A stretch of DNA of 64,000 nucleotides from an uncultured Planctomycetaceae bacterium (GTDB lineage: Bacteria > Planctomycetota > Planctomycetia > Pirellulales > PALSA-1355), in assembly GCA_963785305.1 (NCBI GenBank), contig CAWAUV010000004.1, positions 384,001 to 448,000 on the forward strand, in the 5' to 3' direction. Positions 28,324 through 41,310 of this stretch are shown one piece after another. The first letter of the stretch is position 1. Each line of letters opens with the position of its first letter. The notes beneath the pieces were generated by a model, which was not told the DNA's origin, did no database searches, and was given only the letters and a program-made list of their open reading frames with translations. Both the position numbers and the translations under genes were made by a program.

Positions 28324-28708
28324 CCACAATCTCCCGAGCGGGCTCGCAACGAACTGCGAATCCCGCGAAAAAGTCGCTGCCCATCTCTGCCCGCCACGCG
28401 GGACCGCGAAATCGCGTTTCGCGCGCGGCCGGACACCGGTGCGCTTCCGCGATCGCTTGCGATCTCGCAAGCTAAGTATAGATAGGGCGCGCCGAAAGTG
28501 TCAAAGCACATTGGGCCAAGCCACCGGCCACTCCGGCCAATCAGGCGAGCATCCGACATTTCGCGACGCGCGGCGCGGGAAATACATTTCGTGGCGAACG
28601 CGGCGCCGACGCCATCGGTCGTTGCGACGAATGATTGCACGCCGCGACGAGCTTTGCTCGGCGCTTGGCGAGGTTGAACAATGCCACGCGTTCGATGGCG
28701 GGCCGCGA

Positions 28709-31338
<2,630 letters not shown>

Positions 31339-32116
31339 GGCAATTGCAAAAAACACGCACGGGTGAAGCGATCGCCGAGGCCGCGGCAAGCAGGACCCGG
31401 CGGGCATCGCGGTAATCCGGAAATCGATGCAAGCATCGAGCGTAAGTCGAACATCATACCGATCGAGCGACAGACCGGCCAGACGGGCCCGCGATGGGAA
31501 CTCGCTCGGGACGGGCGCCGAATCGATCGATGTTTCTCGACTATGGCGATTCCCCGGATCGCGACCAGCGAAGTTATCGCACGTCGCGCGGCGAATTCGT
31601 CGGCGGAGCGACTCTCGATCGCGTGGCGCCGGGCGCCGCGGCGGCGGATCATGCGCGGTTTGGAGAACCACGGCGAAGCGAGATGCTTTCGCCGCGACGC
31701 GCCGGCTTTGACATCGGCGACGAGAGGCAACGACGACACGCCGCGGGGGAAGCCCGCCTTTGGGGGAAACCGCTTGGCTCGCTCCAGGAGCCGTCGCGTA
31801 TTTGGCGCCGGGCAGGTACAGAAATCGGGTGCGCCGCGACAAAAAAGCTCACCCTCTGCTCCCCAGTTGCTGCAAACGCCCAAACCGAGGGTGTGGCGCC
31901 TCGGAGGTAGACGTCTTGCGAATCGACACACGAAGATAACGATTCGTGCCATTTTGCGAAGATTTGTTCGTTGCGGGATCAGGGCAAAAGGGGTCGAAGG
32001 GCCGCGAGAAATCAGACTGGGCGAGTTGAGCGAGTCGGGGGGGAGTGACCCAAAGAAAAAGGAGGCATCATTCGCAAGTCATTACAGGGAAAGCGATTGC
32101 GTGTGATGAACCGATA

Positions 32117-32144
32117 TTGACTCGTTCGGTAAGCTGGCTATAAT
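32117..32144 (+). promoter_or_regulatory. Near-consensus sigma70 promoter TTGACT-N16-TATAAT
   Basis: Read directly, ~290 nt upstream of the response regulator start. Confidence 0.65.
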
Positions 32145-32433
32145 CCCTTTAGATGGCAAAATCGGTAAAGCTGGGAATGCCGTTGTTCCCGAGAGCGTGA
32201 GCCCGTTTTGCGATCGTTTCCACGTGGGGACGGAGCCCGCTCTGCGGCGGCCGGTTGTTTGGGACTCATGGGAGAGTCAAGCACAATCGGTGGACGTGCG
32301 CAGCGTGATAGGGGAGGCCGTCTGGCGTGACACGGAAGCCTAGGAACTTGGGCGTTTGGGCTGAAGGACAGTCTCGACCGCTCGAGTCCCGCTTAGACTA
32401 GCCTGACCAATCGGCTAGGGAGAGGTGGTTTGC

Positions 32434-33018
32434 ATGATGAAGACCGTCTTTACAACCGGAGAGGCGGCCAAGATTTGCAAGGTGAGCCAGCAGACGATTA
32501 TTCGCTGCTTCGACTCCGGCGCCCTCAAAGGATTTCGCGTGCCGGGCAGCCGTTTCCGCCGCATTCCGCGGGATCAGTTGTACCTCTTTATGCGCGACAA
32601 TGGCATTCCCACCGATGCCCTCGAAAGTGGCAAGCGAAAAGTGCTCGTGGTCGACGACGACCAAGAGTTGGTTGAACTGATTGTCGACGTGCTCGAAAAA
32701 GATGGCCGTTTCGAGCTCCGCACCGTGAACAACGGCTTCGACGCCGGCATGATGGTCAAGGAATATCGGCCCGATCTGATCGTGCTCGATGTGATGCTGC
32801 CGGATATCAACGGCAAGGAAGTCTGCCAGCGCGTGCGCAGCGACAAGACGATGGACGAAGTGCGAATTATCTGCATCTCCGGCCTCGTCGAGGAAGACAA
32901 GATCGAAGACCTCCGCCTAAGCGGGGCCAACGATTTTCTGCAAAAGCCCTTCGAGGTCGAGACGCTTGTCGAGCGCATGTGCCAACTGCTCGACATCGAA
33001 AGCGTCACCGCGGGCTGA
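32434..33018 (+). CDS. Response regulator with N-terminal excisionase/BldC-like HTH (HTH_17) and C-terminal receiver domain
   Basis: FTTGEAAKICKVSQQTIIRCFDSG..RRIPR, then VLVVDDD, LDVMLP, KPF. RBS ggagagg. Confidence 0.9.
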   Translation: MMKTVFTTGEAAKICKVSQQTIIRCFDSGALKGFRVPGSRFRRIPRDQLYLFMRDNGIPTDALESGKRKVLVVDDDQELVELIVDVLEKDGRFELRTVNNGFDAGMMVKEYRPDLIVLDVMLPDINGKEVCQRVRSDKTMDEVRIICISGLVEEDKIEDLRLSGANDFLQKPFEVETLVERMCQLLDIESVTAG

Positions 33019-33091
33019 CGCAAGGCGCCGCGGCCGGCGGTAGCGTGAACCGGTGCCCCGGCCATTTGACGCGTTTGGGGGAGGCGACACG

Positions 33092-34648
33092 TTGACGAGC
33101 GACGCGCCGCCGATTGCGCTGGTTTGGCTGTGGCTGCCGCTTGATGTGGCGCCACTGCCAGCCGGATTACTGTCGGCCGGATTTCCGCCGACCGGTTTAC
33201 AGCCGACGGTTGCACGAACCCCCCCGACGCCCGCGGAGTCGCCGGGCGCCGTGGTTCGTGTGCCGGCGCCGCTGAGTCACCGGGGCGCGCTCGAACTACT
33301 AGCGGCGGTGACGCGCGGGCTCGAGCCCGCGGCGCCGGCTTGGCGTGAATTGTTGTGGGCCGAGCCCGCGCTCTGCGCCTGGGTCGTGGCGCGGGCCGGC
33401 GAGCGTGGCGTGGCGCTGCGCCGCTCGGCAATAGCCGCAGTCTGGCTGGCCACGCACGCGCCGCGCGAATCCTTCGCCTCGGCCGCAGGGCATGCCGGGG
33501 CTGCAAGCAATGGCGTCGTAAGCGCCGACAGCATCGCCGAGGCCCATCAAAACGAATGTTGGGCTAAGCTCGCCCTGTTGGCCCAAACCGCTCGCCCGCC
33601 AAGCCCGGCCGCCGCGTCGCTGGATGCGCCCGATTTATGCGCTGCCCATGGCGCATGGCGCGACTTTTTGCAGGCGCTCTTCGCCGCTCGGCCGGTCGCG
33701 AGCGCGATCGGACCGGCGCCGGCTTGGCTCTCGATCGAGCACGCCTCGGTGTCGGCGACACGCGAAAAGTTCACCGCGGTGGTATCTGAGACCGCGCCGC
33801 TCCCGCCGGAACTGGCCGATCGCTGGCTGCGGCCCGGGGTCGACGCGTCGTGGGTTCCGCTCGCGCTGGAGCGGCTCTCGCGATCGGCGGTGCTCGAATC
33901 CGATTTTCAGCGGGCGCTCGAAACGGAAAAGCTCGACGCGATGAAAGAGCTGGCCTATGGCGCCGGCCACGAAATCAACAACCCGTTGGCCAATATCTCG
34001 GCCCGCGCCCAAACCCTGCTGCGCGAAGAGCGCGACCCGGAGCGCCGCCGTCGGCTGGCGGCGATCCATGCCCAGGCGTTTCGAGCACACGAAATGATCG
34101 CCGACATGATGCTCTTTGCCCGCCCGCCCCGGCCGGAATGGGGCGATGTCGAGCTCGGCGAACTTATCGGTCGCGTCGTCGCCAGCCTCGCGCCCGCCGT
34201 GGCCCAACGGGGCGCATCGCTCAAGTTCGCCCCGCCCGCGGCGCCATGCGCCCTGCGGGCCGATGGCGCCCAGCTATCTTTGGCCCTCCGCGCGCTCTGT
34301 CTCAATGCCCTCGAATCGCTCGACCAACAAGACCAGGGAGGTTGCGTCGAGATTGCGGTTTGCGAGCTTGCGGGCGACGCCGAGGTTGGCGAGGCGCCGA
34401 GCGTGGAAATCACGGTCCGCGACACCGGGCCAGGGATCTCGGCGGATGTTGCTTCGCGAATCTTCGATCCCTTCTACTCGGGCCGCGAGGCCGGTCGCGG
34501 GCTGGGAATGGGCCTCTCGAAATGCTGGCGCATCGTGACCGGGCATGGCGGTCGTCTATCGGCCAGCGATCGCGGCTCGGCGGAAGGCCGGTCGGGGGCT
34601 TGCTTCACGATTCGCCTGCCGCGCCGGCCGGATTCTGGAAGTTCTTAA
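33092..34648 (+). CDS. Sensor histidine kinase (cytoplasmic)
   Basis: H-box AGHEINNPL, N-box LCLNALE, G1 RDTGPGI, F-box IFDPFYS, G2 GLGMGL. TTG start behind GGGGGAGG. Confidence 0.88.
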   Translation: MTSDAPPIALVWLWLPLDVAPLPAGLLSAGFPPTGLQPTVARTPPTPAESPGAVVRVPAPLSHRGALELLAAVTRGLEPAAPAWRELLWAEPALCAWVVARAGERGVALRRSAIAAVWLATHAPRESFASAAGHAGAASNGVVSADSIAEAHQNECWAKLALLAQTARPPSPAAASLDAPDLCAAHGAWRDFLQALFAARPVASAIGPAPAWLSIEHASVSATREKFTAVVSETAPLPPELADRWLRPGVDASWVPLALERLSRSAVLESDFQRALETEKLDAMKELAYGAGHEINNPLANISARAQTLLREERDPERRRRLAAIHAQAFRAHEMIADMMLFARPPRPEWGDVELGELIGRVVASLAPAVAQRGASLKFAPPAAPCALRADGAQLSLALRALCLNALESLDQQDQGGCVEIAVCELAGDAEVGEAPSVEITVRDTGPGISADVASRIFDPFYSGREAGRGLGMGLSKCWRIVTGHGGRLSASDRGSAEGRSGACFTIRLPRRPDSGSS

Positions 34649-34890
34649 AGGGCCGGCCGCGGCTTCCGGCTCGGGATTTGCATCCACCAAGTTGAATGAA
34701 TTCTCGCGGCGTGCCCCGGAAAAACGGGCTTAAGCCGACGTGCAGGCGCCGCTCGGAGGGGTCGTGGCATTTATCGCGGCGGGAGAATGAAAATACTTCC
34801 CCCGGGGCCGCGCGTGGCCTAGAATCGGTAAGGCGACTTGTAAATCCAACGGCGAGCAACATCCCAAGACTTTTGCACCGGAGCGTAGCC

Positions 34891-35361
34891 ATGCGAACGT
34901 TTTTCTTTGGCGCCTGTTTGGCGCTGGCCTGTTTGGCCGCGAATTTTGCGAACGCGCAATATGTCACGAGTTATTACGCGCCCGTCGTGGCCGGTTACAC
35001 GCCCGCCGTGACCGACTATGGTTTTGGCCCGGCTTACAGCCCGTCGGTGAGCTACTACTCGAATACGGCGGTCGCGCCGACAACGGCGTATTACGCTCCG
35101 AGCGTCGTGCCGACCACGACTTACTACGCGCCGGGCGTGGCCACCGCGGTCGCTCCGGTGACGACGTATTATGCCCCGACCGCGGCCGTGCCAGTGACGA
35201 GCTATTATGCTCCCGCCGCCGTGCCGGTGACGAGCTACTATGCTCCCGCCGCGGTTCCGGTGACCGCCTACTACGGACGCGCGTCGTATTGGGTGGCGCC
35301 GCCGAAAGTGTATGTGGCCGGCGAGCCGGTGCGGAATTTCTTTCGCGTGCTGACGCCGTGA
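34891..35361 (+). CDS. Secreted Tyr/Ala/Pro-rich repeat protein (TxYYAP repeats)
   Basis: Signal peptide ending ANA-Q, about 7 YYAP/YYS units, C-terminal YVAGEPVRNFFRVLTP. Confidence 0.8.
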   Translation: MRTFFFGACLALACLAANFANAQYVTSYYAPVVAGYTPAVTDYGFGPAYSPSVSYYSNTAVAPTTAYYAPSVVPTTTYYAPGVATAVAPVTTYYAPTAAVPVTSYYAPAAVPVTSYYAPAAVPVTAYYGRASYWVAPPKVYVAGEPVRNFFRVLTP

Positions 35362-35406
35362 TGTTTCGCCGCGCGTGATCTTGGTTTGCTCCCCCCGCGA
35401 AAAACA

Positions 35407-35453
35407 AACGCGAGCGCGACGTCCGAGAATCGGTCCGGCGTCGCGCTCGCGTT
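35407..35453. terminator. Strong hairpin between convergent genes
   Basis: Perfect 15-bp stem aacgcgagcgcgacg / cgtcgcgctcgcgtt with A/T-rich flanks. Confidence 0.7.
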
Positions 35454-35484
35454 GTCGTTTTGTCCGCGATGTTTCGGCTCGCGA

Positions 35485-35906
35485 TTATTCCGATCCCGTC
35501 GCATACACGACCCAGCCGACGCCGAACTTGTCTTTGAGCATGCCGAATCGCGGCGAGAAAAAGGTTCGCTCGAGGGGCCGCAACACGCTGCCGCCCGCCG
35601 AGAGCGCGGCATGATATTGGTCGACTTCCGCCGCGCTGGCCACGGTCAGCGTGATGAAGAAGCCCTCGAAAGCGGTCTTGCCGCTGAACTGGCCATCGGA
35701 CATTCTGCATCCGCGAACCGCCGATTTCCAATTCGGCGTGCATAACCTTCTCGATGCGCCGCGCCCGCGGGACCTTGGCCCTCTCGCGGCTCGGGATTGT
35801 CTTTATAGCGCATCAACATTTTTACGTCGGCGCCGACCGCGCCGCGGTAGAACTCGATCGCTTCGTCGCAACGGCCTTCGAAAAACAGATAGGGCATCAG
35901 CGCCAT
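35485..35906 (-). CDS. VOC/PhnB (glyoxalase-like) protein, indels near ~35700-35760
   Basis: PYLFFEGRCDEAIEFY..MHAELEIG..GGSVLRPLERTFFSPRFGMLKDKFGVGW. Confidence 0.85.
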
Positions 35907-35983
35907 GGAACGACCTCCTTGGTTACGATTCGATTGACGAAGGAAACGACATTCATTTCCGAACTTCGATTGGCGGTTTCGGG

Positions 35984-36406
35984 CTAGCGCTTCGAACGGC
36001 GCGGCGCGAGGGGCTGTTTCCTCGCGGCGCCGCGGCGTTTTTTCGCGGGCGGCGACTTCTCCGGCGCCGGGGGAACATTCTCCGCCCGTTGAATTTCGGC
36101 GAGATAGGCCTCGAGGCGATCCAACCGCGCGTCCCAGAAGCGGCGATACTGTTCGATCCAGTCGGCGACCTCGGCCAGCGGCTTTGCCTGGAGCCGACAC
36201 GGCCGAAATTGAGCTTGGCGTCCCTGCCGCACGAGCCCGGCCCGTTGCAAGACCTTGAGATGCTTGGTCACGGCCGGCAGACTGATCGCGAATGGCCTCG
36301 CGAGTTCCGTGACCGAGGTTTCTCCGGCGCGAAGCCGAGCCAAGATCGCGCGGCGCGTCGGATCGGCCAAGGCGGCGAAGGTCGCGCTGAGCGTGTCGAT
36401 GGCCAT
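35984..36406 (-). CDS. ArsR/SmtB family transcriptional regulator
   Basis: FAALADPTRRAIL..ELARPFAISLPAVTKHLKVLQRAGLV..FWDARLDRLE. Confidence 0.9.
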   Translation of the reverse strand: MAIDTLSATFAALADPTRRAILARLRAGETSVTELARPFAISLPAVTKHLKVLQRAGLVRQGRQAQFRPCRLQAKPLAEVADWIEQYRRFWDARLDRLEAYLAEIQRAENVPPAPEKSPPAKKRRGAARKQPLAPRRSKR

Positions 36407-36456
36407 CGGCGCGAAATTCCCCGGTGAAGCGCGTGACACGAGAGCCCTGAACCCGA

Positions 36457-36505
36457 TAGCTAATTAACTACGCGGTAAAATATAGACGCCGCGCGAGGGC
36501 GTCAA
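36457..36505 (-). promoter_or_regulatory. Sigma70 promoter TTGACG-N17-TATTTT with an overlapping palindromic operator
   Basis: Minus strand ttgacg..tatttt, then TTTACC-gcgt-AGTTAA and tagttaattagcta. Likely ArsR autoregulation (inference). Confidence 0.55.
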
Positions 36506-36538
36506 GGCCGGCGGGGGAGAAATCGTTCGTTCGGCGTC

Positions 36539-39500
36539 TCATGCGGCCGGCGGCGCCTTCGCTCCGAAGAGCGAGTACAGGGCCGGCAGCACCAAAAGCG
36601 TGAGCGCCAGCGAGCTCAGGATGCCACCGACCACGACCGTGGCCAGCGGACGCTGCACCTCGGCGCCCACGGCCGTGGCAAGCATCATCGGCACGAAGCC
36701 CAGGGCCGCGGTGGCCGAGGTCATCAGCACCGGCCGCAGCCGCAGGAGTCCGGCGGTCGAGATCGCATGGTCGAGCTCGAAGCCGTCTTCGCGGAGTTTA
36801 TGAATATAGGAGACGAGCACCAATCCGTTGAGCACCGCGATTCCAAACAGCGCGATAAAACCGACGCCGGCCGAGATGGAAAACGCCATGCCGCGAACCC
36901 AAAGCGCCACGACGCCGCCCACCACGGCGAACGGCACTCCGCTATAGATCAGGAGCGCGTTGCGCGCCGAACTGAAGGTCGTGTAGAGCAAGATGAAAAT
37001 CAGCGACGCCGCCAGCGGCACCACGATCATCAGTCGTCGCTCGGCTCGCTGCATATGCTCGAATTTCCCGCCCAGGGCAAAGGAATATCCCGGCGGCCAA
37101 GTGGATTGCAGTTTTTCGAGTCGCCCGCGGAGCTCCTTCACGAATCCGCCGGTGTCGCGTCCCACCACATTGCATTGCACCAGCATTCGGCGTCGAAGCG
37201 CTTCGCGATTGATGACGCTGGGGGTTTCGATCGAGCGTAAATTGGCCAATCGCGCCAGCGGCAAGCGAGCGCCGCCGGGAGTGTTGACCAGGATTTGACC
37301 GATGGCGTCGGGGTCCTTGCGATATTCGGGCGCGAGCCGCACCACGATCGGAAACCGTAGCGGCCCCTCGCGCACCTCGCCCACGCGGGGCGTGCCGATC
37401 GCTTGGATCGTGCTGAGCACGTCGCGCCGGGCAATTCCGTAGCGCGAGATCGCCTCTTGATCGACATCGATCCGCAGGAGCGGCGTGCCGGTCAACTGAT
37501 CGGGACTCACGCCGTCGTGTCCGTCGATCTGGTTCATTTCGGCCGCGACCTGTTCGGCGAGATCGACGAGGCGGTCGAATTCCTCGCCAAAGATCTTCAC
37601 GCCCACGTCGGCCTTGATGCCGGCGATCATTTCGTTGAGCCGTTGTTCGATGGGCTGGGTAAACATCATCGACATGCCCGGCGCGCCGTTGAGCGTTGCT
37701 TTCATCAGTTCGGTGAGCTCGTCTTGATTATGCGCTTTCTTCCAGCGGGCGACCGGAGTGAGCGTGATGAACACATCGCCTTGATCCCAGCCCATCGGGT
37801 CGGTGGCCACTTCGGCCGTGCCGTGGCGCGACCAGATGCGTTCGATCTCGTCGGGAAAGCGGGCGAGGAGCAATTGTTCGATCTCGGTTCCTTGCCGCAC
37901 GGCCTCGTCGAGCGAGATGCTCGCCAGCCGCGTGGTCGCGATCACGATCGCATGTTCGTTCAGCTTGGGAATGAATTCGGCCCCCAGTTGGCTGGCGACC
38001 AGTCCCGCCAGGGCCAGCACCGCCACCGCCGCGCCCATGACGAACAATCGCCGCCGGAGCACCCATTCGAGCACGGGGCGATAAGCTCGCCGCGCCCGAC
38101 GCACGATCCACGGCTCGATGATCCTCGCCGCGGCCGAGAAATGTGGCGGCCAGCACCGGCGTGAGCGTGAGCGAGAGCAGCAGCGAGCCCACGAGGGCGA
38201 AGAGCACGGTTTGAGCCATCGGCCGAAACAGCTTGCCCTCGACGCCTTCGAGCGTGAGCACCGGCAGATACACGATCATGATGATTATTTCGCCGAACAT
38301 CGTGGGCTTGCGCACCTCGACGCAGGCGTCGCGCACCACATCGGTCGAGGATTTTCCGGGATGCGCCTCCGACATGTGCCGCACCGAGTTTTCCACCATG
38401 ATCACCGAACTATCGATCAGCACTCCAAAGTCGATCGCGCCCAGGCTCATCAAACTGCCGGCGATTCCGGTGGCGATCATCATGTTGCTGGCGAAGAGAA
38501 ACGACAGCGGAATCGACGCCGCGACGATCAACCCGGCCCGCAGCCCGCCGCCCAAGACAAACAGCGCGGCCACGACCAGCGTGGCGCCCATCAGCAGGTT
38601 GTGTTCGGCGGTCGCGAGCACATGATCCACGAGCGTCGAGCGCACCAGCGCGTCTTCGACTGTCACGCCGGGCGGGAGCGTGGGGCGAATTTCATCCATC
38701 TTTTGCCGCATCCGCTCGGTCACGTCGCGGCTGTTTTCACCGAGCAACATGAAGCCCAGCCCCAGCACCACTTGGCCGCGGCCATTGGTGGTCACGGCGC
38801 CCGACTGGATTTCATGTTCGATCTCGACATCGGCCACGTCGCGCACCCGCACCGGTTGACCGTTGTGATGTTTGAGCACGATTTCGGAGATATCGGACTT
38901 GCTGGTGAGCATGCCCACGCCCTGGATGAGTCGCGTTTCGCCGGCCCGGGTGATATTGCCGCCGCCCACATTGCCGTTATTCGTGCGAAGCGAATCGGTG
39001 ACATCGTTGAGCGTAAGGTCGTATTTCGCCAGCTTCGAGGGGTCGAACAGCACATGGTACTGCTTTTCGTAGCCGCCCCAGGTGTTGACCTCGGCCACGC
39101 CCGCCACGGTGCGAAGCTGGCTCTTGATGAGCCAGTGGTGCATCGTGCGCAGCTCGGTCAGGTCGTAGCGCGGCTTGCCCGCGGCGTCGCGATCGCTGCT
39201 CACGATGTAGTGATACACTTCGCCCAAGCCGGTGGCGATCGGGCCGAGTTGGGGCTTTTGCACTCCGTGCGTTTCGGGCAAATCGACCGTGGCCAGTTTT
39301 TCTTGCACGAGCTGCGTCGCCGGAAGCACATCGGCGCCGTCGTCGAACACGCAGGTGACGACCGAGAGGCCGAACTTCGAAAGCGACCGCACCTCGCGCA
39401 AGCCGCGGTAGCCCGCCGAGCGCTTGCTCGATCGGATACGTGACCTGCATCTCGATGTCTTGCGGGCCGAGCGCCGGCGCCACCGTGTTCACTTGCACCA

Positions 39501-39636
39501 GAATCGGGCTCGTGTCGGGAAAGGCGTCGATCGGTAGCCGATCGAAGGCCCACAGCCCGCTAAACAGCAGGCCCACCGAGAGCATCGCCACCAGCAAACG
39601 CTGCTCGAGCGCGAAGCGAATGATACGATTCAGCAT
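36539..39636 (-). CDS. czcA: CusA/CzcA heavy-metal RND efflux permease (indels near ~39400 and ~38110)
   Basis: LPIDAFPD, MSLGAIDFG, EGKLFRPMA, EFIPKLNE, RLRPVLMT, GAEVQRPLATVV. Confidence 0.92.
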
Positions 39637-39657
39637 GGGCGGCCGTTCCGCGGGCGA

Positions 39658-40953
39658 TCACTCGATCTGGCCGAATGAGGGATTTTCGAGGTTGCTTTTG
39701 AGCAGAAAGCTGCCGGTCGTGACCACGCGCTCGCCGGGTTCGAGCCCCGAGGTGACTTCCCAATCGTGGGCCCCGCGAATGCCGATCGTCACTCGGCGGC
39801 CTTCATATTCACCCGGCTTCTTATGCACCATCACGATATAGTGCCCGTCGTGCATTTGCACCGCCGAGGACGGGGCCACGGTGGCGCTCGCGGCGCTGGC
39901 CACGGTGAGCTTTCCCTTGCCGAACATGTTGGCCCGCAGCGCGCTGTTCACATTCGTCACTTCGCCGCGGACTTGGATCGTGCGTGTTTGCGGATCGACT
40001 TCCGGGCTGATCCAGGTCACGTGGCCCGGAAATTCTTGACCTTCGAGTCCGTCGGGCACGAACACCAGCGGCTGGTCGAGGCGAATCTTGCCGAGGTCGC
40101 TTTCGTAGGCGCTCAGATGGACCCACATTGTTTCGAGATTGGCGATGGCAAACACCGGCACATTGCTGGTCACGGCCTCGCCCTCGACGGCATGTCGCTG
40201 CACGAGCGTGCCATCCCAGGGAGCGGTGATCGCCATTTCGGCGTGGGTGTCGTTTTCGGCGACGAAGGCGTCGATTTGCTGATCATCGAAGCCAAGATTC
40301 ACGAGCCGCTGCCGCGATTTCGCGGCGTCGAGCCGCTGCTCTTGGAGCATGTGCTCCATCTCGAACAGCGTTTTCGAGGGAATCGCTTGTTGATCGGCTA
40401 GCTTTCGCAAGCGGTCGCAATAGCCTTCGGTATATTTCACATTGATCATCGCATAGACATACGACGACTTGTATTCGCCGAGCGTGGCGGAATCGAGCAC
40501 GGCGAGTTCCTGCCCCGCGTGAACCGGCGCCCCCACATCGGTTCGCACCTGTTTGAGAATGCCATCGACGCGCAGGCGAATCTGCGCATAGCGGTTCTCG
40601 TTGAAGCCGACATAACCGTTGCAGACGATCTCGCTCGAGACCGGTCGGGTGGCGATGGTCGTCAGCTCGACCCCCGCCATTTCACGGGCCCGCTCGTCGG
40701 AGACGGTCACAATGTCGTGTTCGACGCTGGGCGGCAATTCCTCGACGCCGCCGACGCGGAGTTCACTGGCGCCGGGCGCGGCGCCGCGGCCAAAGTTCCA
40801 CCCCAAGAGCGCCGCCGCGCCCACGGCCGCCAGGATGAGCAAGTACCCGGCCGGGCCGATGCGCGCCGGCGCCGCCGGGGACTTAGCCCCGCGCGGGGGC
40901 GCCTCGGCGGGCGCAACTGCCGTGGCTGTAGGGGTCTGGGATGCTTCCGCCAT
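39658..40953 (-). CDS. czcB: RND periplasmic adaptor (CzcB-like membrane fusion protein)
   Basis: N-terminal TM, lipoyl-like halves, ITAPWDG, VDPQTRT, LRANMF, GLEPGERVVTTGSFLLKS. Confidence 0.85.
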   Translation of the reverse strand: MAEASQTPTATAVAPAEAPPRGAKSPAAPARIGPAGYLLILAAVGAAALLGWNFGRGAAPGASELRVGGVEELPPSVEHDIVTVSDERAREMAGVELTTIATRPVSSEIVCNGYVGFNENRYAQIRLRVDGILKQVRTDVGAPVHAGQELAVLDSATLGEYKSSYVYAMINVKYTEGYCDRLRKLADQQAIPSKTLFEMEHMLQEQRLDAAKSRQRLVNLGFDDQQIDAFVAENDTHAEMAITAPWDGTLVQRHAVEGEAVTSNVPVFAIANLETMWVHLSAYESDLGKIRLDQPLVFVPDGLEGQEFPGHVTWISPEVDPQTRTIQVRGEVTNVNSALRANMFGKGKLTVASAASATVAPSSAVQMHDGHYIVMVHKKPGEYEGRRVTIGIRGAHDWEVTSGLEPGERVVTTGSFLLKSNLENPSFGQIE

Positions 40954-41310
40954 GGGCGAATACCTCGGATTTCGGCGGGCCCCCGGCCAGCCGCCGCCGG
41001 GGCGCCTGGGGCAAAAGATTCTCAATCAACCTTATGGCCGGCCATGGGCCGTTGTCAAGCGAAGCGCGAATTCGTCCGTCGAGTCCGTGATCGGCGCCCC
41101 CAGCGCCGCCCTTCGACGCGGCGATTTTTCCGCCAGCCCAAGCAAAGGAATTTTTCGCGATGCGTTGTTTCCATAATTTACCACAATTAGAATTCATCTA
41201 CGCCACTTAACGCTCTCCTTCGTTCGCCGGGAGGCCGCTCCCCACGACGGGCCGCGAAGAAGCCGCTCTCTGTTCTTAATTCGCCACTTTGTTTTTTCAG
41301 GAGGTAGGCC

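Noticed and set aside
33036..33047. Exact ops element GGCGGTAGCGTG between the regulator and kinase genes
   Set aside because: A single GC-rich 12-mer without JUMPstart context or a long polysaccharide operon downstream; plausible by chance.
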